In this document: in pieces, positions 58,917 through 64,000 of the stretch
How the letters are laid out: every line of letters begins with the position of its first letter
Numbering within the stretch: position 1 is the first letter of the stretch
From: Candidatus Eiseniibacteriota bacterium
Lineage (GTDB): Bacteria > Eisenbacteria > RBG-16-71-46 > CAIMUX01 > VGJL01
Length of the DNA: 64,000 nt
Assembly: GCA_963792585.1 (NCBI GenBank)
Contig: CAWBWI010000001.1
Location: forward strand, 320,001-384,000
Direction: 5' to 3'
The notes under the pieces: model-generated
Databases searched by the model: none
What the model saw: only the letters and a program-made list of their open reading frames with translations
Told to the model about the DNA's origin: nothing
Program-made: the position numbers and the translations under genes

Positions 58917-59429
58917 CTAGCCGGGTCGCGAAAACCTCGCGAGCTTCCGCCCCCGCTTCAGCGGGCCTCCCGTGGGGACGACGCTGATCGAGCCGTCGGT
59001 CTCGAGGACAGCCATGTCGACCTCGTCCATGGCGGTCACGCCATGCTCCCGAAGGGCCGCGTCGAGTTCCTCACGGTCGATTCCCTCCCGTTGCATAGCG
59101 TGGGGGAGGGGCCGTCCGTGGAGCACGAGGAGGGTCGGCGATCCCTCGACCATCCTCCGCAGGCGCGGCCAGCGCAGGCGCAGGCGGGCGAGCAGGGCGT
59201 TGATCGCGAGCAGGACGGCGGCGGCGATCAGGCCACCGGTCAATGAGGTGTCCGGACCGACCATCGCGTTCTGCACGGCATTGGAGATCAGGAGGAGCAC
59301 GATCAGGTCGAAGATCGACATCTGGCCGATCTCCCGCTTCCCGGCTATCCGCAGGCCGACCAGGAGGACCAGGTAGACGGCCGCGCACCGTGCGACGATG
59401 CTCCACAGCGGGGTTCCGAGGCTCAACAT
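58917..59429 (-). CDS. DUF421/YetF-family membrane protein
   Basis: GKREIGQMSIFDL, EGSPTLLV..G, LREHG, AVLETDGSISVV. Confidence 0.9.
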   Translation of the reverse strand: MLSLGTPLWSIVARCAAVYLVLLVGLRIAGKREIGQMSIFDLIVLLLISNAVQNAMVGPDTSLTGGLIAAAVLLAINALLARLRLRWPRLRRMVEGSPTLLVLHGRPLPHAMQREGIDREELDAALREHGVTAMDEVDMAVLETDGSISVVPTGGPLKRGRKLARFSRPG

Positions 59430-59731
59430 CCGACTCGGTCTCCTCCTCGTCCTACCGGACGTGCGGCCCGGGCCCGAAGGAAGGGTCGTCGGGCTTTCGG
59501 ACCTCTTCCGTCAGGCCGCAACGGGTGGCCCCAGCGGGGCGATCGGGCCGATCCGTGGAAGCATCGGCGCCCAACGTGCCTCGAGTCAACAGGTTCGCCG
59601 TCGCCCGCGCGCACGGATCTGTCAGCACACCGCGGACGGGATACCCGGTATCCTGCCTTCCCGATTCCTGTCCAATTCCTGTCCGGATCGCCCGCGCACG
59701 CACTACAATGACCGGTCTCGCGGAGACCAAG

Positions 59732-60448
59732 ATGCAGCTAGGGAGATTCACACTTCGATCGGTAGTGGCCGCTCGATTTCGTTTGGCCGCGGAGGCGGGA
59801 CCGCGAGCGCACGTCGACCTCGTCGCCCGGCTGCTGCTCGTGGACGGTCCGGCGGGACGCACGCTGATCGATGCGGGCCCCGTCGATGGCGTCGAGTTGA
59901 TCCGCGTCCTCGAGGATGCCGGGATCGGCGCGGGATCGATCGATCGACTGGTCCTGACGCATCTCCACTACGACCACGCAGGAGGAGCGCCCCTCGATGG
60001 GAAGCCGACCCATATCCAGGCGGCGAACCTCGCGGCGGCGCGCGCGGCGGTCGGCGGGGACCAATCCGGCTACCGGAGCAGGGATCTGGAACGGATCGAC
60101 CGCGCCGGTGTGGTACCGATCTCCGGGGATGCAGAGATCCTGCCGGGGCTGCGGGTCACGGTGAGCAACGGGCATGCCGCCGGAATGCAGATCGTCTGGA
60201 TCGAAGATGCGGATGAGGCCCTGGTCCACGCCGCCGACTTGATTCCGACCCTGTCCCATCTGCGGCTGCCGGGCTCGGGAGAATACGACGTCGATCCCGA
60301 GGTCCTGGAGCGGGAGAAGGTGAAGCTGATCGAGGAGACCTTGCGGCGGCGCGCATGGCTCTTCCTCTACCACGATACACGTCACGTCGCGGTCCGACTG
60401 GGCGGCACGCCCGAACGGCCGGTCGCGGTCGAGGAGGTCACGTTCTGA
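59732..60448 (+). CDS. Metallo-beta-lactamase-fold hydrolase (YtnP-like)
   Basis: LIDAG, THLHYDHAGG, GHAAGMQ, AADLIPT, YHD; GGAG SD before ATG 59732. Confidence 0.82.
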   Translation: MQLGRFTLRSVVAARFRLAAEAGPRAHVDLVARLLLVDGPAGRTLIDAGPVDGVELIRVLEDAGIGAGSIDRLVLTHLHYDHAGGAPLDGKPTHIQAANLAAARAAVGGDQSGYRSRDLERIDRAGVVPISGDAEILPGLRVTVSNGHAAGMQIVWIEDADEALVHAADLIPTLSHLRLPGSGEYDVDPEVLEREKVKLIEETLRRRAWLFLYHDTRHVAVRLGGTPERPVAVEEVTF

Positions 60449-61980
60449 TGGGAACCGATCGTATTCCGGGGACACTGGGAGAACTCAAAGCGGGAGGCTA
60501 CCGCTCGCGAAGCGTGAAGCAGGAACTACGCGAGAACCTGCGCGCGAAGCTTGCCGGCGGGGAACGGTGGCTGATGGGGATCGTGGGCTACGACGAGACC
60601 GTCCTGCCGCAGCTCGAGAACGCGATCCTCTCGCAGCACGATTTCATCCTGCTCGGCCTGCGAGGGCAGGCGAAGACGCGCATCGTCCGCCAACTGACGC
60701 AGCTCCTCGATCCCGTGATTCCCGTCGTGGACGGCTGCCCGATCCACGACGATCCCCTGAAGCCGACCTGCGCCACCTGCCGCCGGCGTCTTGCGGAGCT
60801 GGGCGATCGCCTGCCCGTCTCCTGGCTGCCCCGAGATGAGCGCTATCGCGAGAAACTGGCCACACCCGACGTGACGATCGCGGATCTGATCGGGGACATC
60901 GATCCGATCAAGGCGGCGCGCGAGCGCCTCGATTTCTCCAACGAAGAGGTGATTCACTACGGCATCATCCCGCGCACGAACCGCGGCATCTTCGCGCTCA
61001 ACGAACTGCCCGATCTCCAGCCGCGCATCCAGGTCGGTCTGTTGAACATCATGGAGGAGAAGGATATCCAGGTGCGGGGATTCCCCGTGCGGATCCCCCT
61101 GGACATCCTGCTGACCTTCACCGCGAATCCCGAGGACTACACGAATCGGGGTAACATCATCACGCCCCTGAAGGACCGGATCGACAGCCAGATCCTCACG
61201 CACTATCCCAAGACGGTGGAGGAAGCGATCACGATCACGGTGCAGGAGGCCTGGACCGATCGAACGGAGCCGGTGTCCGTGCCCCGCTTCCTCGAAGAGA
61301 TCCTCGAGGAGATCGCCTTCGTCGCCCGCGAGAGCGACCATGTCGACCAGTCCTCCGGGGTAAGCCAGCGGTTGCCGATCCGCGCCCGAGAGCTGCTGCT
61401 CTCCTCCGTCGAGCGGCGCTGCCTCCGGCGCGCCGGAGAGCCCCGGGTTCCGCGGCTGTGCGATCTGGCGGCCGTGGTGCCGGCCGTGACCGGGCGCATC
61501 GAGCTGGTCTACGAGGGGGAACAGGAAGGGCCGGTCATCGTCGCGAACCGGCTCATCGGTCGCGCGATGGCGAAGGTCTTCGGACGCTTCTTCCCGCCCG
61601 TCTTCGTGCAGAAGGACCGCCGCCGGGCTTCGCAACGCCGGAGGGCGCCGGGGGATGAACCGGACGCCGCCGTCGAGCCGGACCGGATGACCCCGCCCGC
61701 ATACCGCGAGATCCTCGACTTCTTCGCCTCGGGCGGGCGGGTCGAACTCTCCGATGACATGACGGCCGACGCCTACGTCACCACGCTGGAAGAAGTGCCG
61801 GGTCTCGCGGCGCTCGTGCAGAAGGCGCTCGGCGCGCAGAGCAGGCCCGAGCGCGCCCTGTCGATGGAGTGGGTCCTCGAGTCGCTCGCGCAGGCGAGTC
61901 TCATCGCGCGGCAGAACCTGGACGGAGGGGTCCGCTTCAGCGACATGCTGGCGAACATGCTCAACGAGGGGGGCCGGTAG
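60448..61980 (+). CDS. Mg-chelatase-like AAA+ ATPase (Rv0958-like)
   Basis: LLGLRGQAKTR, EKLATPD, RTNRGIFALNELPDL, TANPEDYTNRG, LKDR. Confidence 0.88.
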   Translation: MGTDRIPGTLGELKAGGYRSRSVKQELRENLRAKLAGGERWLMGIVGYDETVLPQLENAILSQHDFILLGLRGQAKTRIVRQLTQLLDPVIPVVDGCPIHDDPLKPTCATCRRRLAELGDRLPVSWLPRDERYREKLATPDVTIADLIGDIDPIKAARERLDFSNEEVIHYGIIPRTNRGIFALNELPDLQPRIQVGLLNIMEEKDIQVRGFPVRIPLDILLTFTANPEDYTNRGNIITPLKDRIDSQILTHYPKTVEEAITITVQEAWTDRTEPVSVPRFLEEILEEIAFVARESDHVDQSSGVSQRLPIRARELLLSSVERRCLRRAGEPRVPRLCDLAAVVPAVTGRIELVYEGEQEGPVIVANRLIGRAMAKVFGRFFPPVFVQKDRRRASQRRRAPGDEPDAAVEPDRMTPPAYREILDFFASGGRVELSDDMTADAYVTTLEEVPGLAALVQKALGAQSRPERALSMEWVLESLAQASLIARQNLDGGVRFSDMLANMLNEGGR

Positions 61981-63075
61981 GTGCGCTACCGCTTCGAGGC
62001 GTTCGACGAGTCGCTTCGCGATCTCCTCGCGCGCTTCCGCGACATGCTGGCCGCATTCCACCATCTGCTGCTCGCGGCGAACGGGGATGTCGAACAGACG
62101 CTCGAATGGATGCGCGCCCTCCAGCAGGGCGGCTACATCCCCGCGGACTGGGACCTCGATGCGTTCGCGCGCAAGCTGGAGGAGGAGGAGGTCATTCAGC
62201 GCACCCCGGAGGGACGGGCGCTGACGGGAAAGGGGGAACGGGGGATCCGGCGGGCGAGCCTCGAGGCGATCTTCGGAAACCTCCGGGCCGACGGCGTGGG
62301 CCAGCATCCGACTCCCCACGAGGGGACCGGGGGGCGCGAACTGTTGCCCGAACGGCGCGCCTATGCGTTCGGCGACGATATCGACGCGATCGACTTCCCC
62401 GACTCGATCCGCAATGTCGTCCTGCGCACTCACGGAGATGAGCTCTTGCCGATGGAGGAAGACCTGAGCGTCGCGGAGACGGAGCACTCCAGCTCCTGCG
62501 CGACGGCGATCCTGATCGATGTCTCGCACAGCATGGTCCTCTACGGAGAGGACCGCATCACGCCGGCGAAGCAGGTGGCTCTGGCCCTCTCGGAACTCAT
62601 CCTCACCAAGTACCCGAAGGATGCCCTCGATATCGTTCTCTTCGGGGACGAGGCGCAGCGCGTCGAGGTGAAGGATCTGCCCTATGTAGGCGCCGGACCA
62701 TTCCACACGAATACGCAGGAAGGCCTGCGCTTCGCGCGGAGGATCCTGGAACGGCGTCACCAGGCGAACAAGCAGATCTTCTTGATCACGGACGGCAAAC
62801 CAACCGTCATCCGGTTGGGCGACGGCAAGCTCTATCGCAATGTCTTCGGTCTCGATCCGATCATCGTGGCGCGGACGCTCGATGAGGCCGTTGCATGCAG
62901 GCGACGACGGATTCCGATCACGACCTTCATGGTCGCGAGCGACCCGTACCTGCAGAAGTTCGTCCAGGACCTGACGGAGCGCAACCGCGGGCGCGCCTAC
63001 TTCACGTCGCCCGATCGCCTCGGGAACTTCCTCTTGCTCGACTTCATGAACAACCGCCGCCGCCGGGTGCGCTAG
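61981..63075 (+). CDS. VWA-domain protein, partner of the AAA+ ATPase
   Basis: MIDAS IDVSHSM, HTNT, ITDGKPT; LTGKGER motif. Confidence 0.88.
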   Translation: MRYRFEAFDESLRDLLARFRDMLAAFHHLLLAANGDVEQTLEWMRALQQGGYIPADWDLDAFARKLEEEEVIQRTPEGRALTGKGERGIRRASLEAIFGNLRADGVGQHPTPHEGTGGRELLPERRAYAFGDDIDAIDFPDSIRNVVLRTHGDELLPMEEDLSVAETEHSSSCATAILIDVSHSMVLYGEDRITPAKQVALALSELILTKYPKDALDIVLFGDEAQRVEVKDLPYVGAGPFHTNTQEGLRFARRILERRHQANKQIFLITDGKPTVIRLGDGKLYRNVFGLDPIIVARTLDEAVACRRRRIPITTFMVASDPYLQKFVQDLTERNRGRAYFTSPDRLGNFLLLDFMNNRRRRVR

Positions 63076-63085
63076 GCGGGTCGAT

Positions 63086-63958
63086 TCAGACGCGGGGTCT
63101 GCGCGCGATGATCGAGAGGGTCATCGGGATGCGCCCCCGCAGCTCCGGCCTCAAGTTGGGGAACGCTTCCCAGTAGCGGTCCGGGTGTTCGCCGAGCCGC
63201 TCGACCGTGAATCCCGCCCGCACCAGTGCGCCATGAAGGTCTGCGACCGTCCAGAGCCGCTCGTACTTGACCGCATGCTCCTCGATCGGCTTTCCGAGGT
63301 CCCCCAGATAGACGGAAGGCCATCCGCGCGAGCTCTCGGCGTGGCGGAAGTAGTCGATCCCGGAGGGAACATAGTCCTCCGCGTCGAAATCGAAGAGCCA
63401 GGTGATCGGATGGTCGTCGAAGAACGAGAAGAGCCCGCCCGGCTTCAAGAGGCGGTGGGCGACGGCGGCCCAGGCGTCCAGATCGTGGATCCAGCAATAG
63501 GCGCCGCGGCCCGTATAGACGAGATCTGCCGTGCCATCGAACTCGTGGGGCGTATCGAGCACGTCGCAGCGTACGAAGGCGGCCTGCCAGGCGAGCGCCG
63601 TCGCGATCGCTCGGGCATTCTCGATGTGCAGGTCGGAGATATCGATTCCGGTCAGATTCGCGACCCCTTCATTGCGCAAGGAGAGCGTGTCGCGCCCCGA
63701 TGCGCACTGAAGGTGGATCGCGGTCGCGCACCAGTCCTTCAACACGCCGAGGTTGGCCCTCTCGACCGGATGCAGATTGCTCCCGCCCGCGCGCAGGAAG
63801 CGAACCGTCTCCTCGATCTCTTCGGAATAGGCGACCGCCCCTTCGTTCCAGGCGATGCGGTTTGCCTCGTGCCAGGCGCGCACCTCCGCGGCGCCGCGCG
63901 CCTGCGGGCGGATCTCGAACGGAACGCTCCCGCCGGTCTTCGGATCTTCCGGACTCAT
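63086..63958 (-). CDS. Class I SAM-dependent methyltransferase
   Basis: NRIAWN, IHLQCASGRDTLS, GIDIS, DLVYTGRGA..W, LKPGG. Confidence 0.85.
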   Translation of the reverse strand: MSPEDPKTGGSVPFEIRPQARGAAEVRAWHEANRIAWNEGAVAYSEEIEETVRFLRAGGSNLHPVERANLGVLKDWCATAIHLQCASGRDTLSLRNEGVANLTGIDISDLHIENARAIATALAWQAAFVRCDVLDTPHEFDGTADLVYTGRGAYCWIHDLDAWAAVAHRLLKPGGLFSFFDDHPITWLFDFDAEDYVPSGIDYFRHAESSRGWPSVYLGDLGKPIEEHAVKYERLWTVADLHGALVRAGFTVERLGEHPDRYWEAFPNLRPELRGRIPMTLSIIARRPRV

Positions 63959-64000
63959 GCCGTGCGCCTCCTCACGATGGGAAATGCGAAGGGGCGGGCA

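Noticed and set aside
61978..61983. Stop-codon readthrough fusing AAA and VWA (likewise the TAG at 11319)
   Set aside because: Each downstream gene has its own SD-like sequence and plausible start; there is no evidence of recoding machinery in the window.

Overview
GC-rich (roughly two-thirds G+C by eye), densely coding bacterial chromosomal window from a diderm. It encodes Omp85, beta-barrels, lipoproteins and a FlgD/T9SS-like C-terminal tail, so an FCB-related lineage such as Eisenbacteria/Latescibacteria is plausible, but that is inference only. Most of it is housekeeping: queG, nfu, phoB/phoR-like pair, nth, dxs, pepA, trxB, ETF-QO, def, icd, acyl-CoA dehydrogenases, rpsU-mutS2-dnaG-rpoD, tRNA-Ile2/Met(CAT), tRNA-Val(CAC), rnpB and ltaE. 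I found no mobile element or CRISPR array. Six conserved genes (queG, pepA, trxB, one acyl-CoA dehydrogenase, a DHH phosphoesterase, rpoD) carry small indels that look like assembly or consensus errors. The most interesting loci are: (1) a translationally coupled envelope operon built on a POTRA-less Omp85 with an N-terminal HExxH peptidase and PD40 propeller, followed by a BamB-like propeller, a PEGA protein, an NHL lipoprotein and two PLP enzymes, next to a GT-C glycosyltransferase; (2) a TlpA / Cys-tailed beta-barrel / PEGA-Omp28 outer-membrane thiol-redox operon, whose last gene is missing from the ORF track; (3) an apparent QueG-glutaredoxin fusion; (4) an orphan octaheme HAO-family cytochrome; (5) a polymerase-dead PolX-PHP coupled to nth; (6) a sigma54-type promoter with a long structured leader; (7) a recurrent TTGACA-N18-TAnCnT promoter geometry, including a probably leaderless dxs. 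All family assignments come from motif recognition by eye, not database searches.
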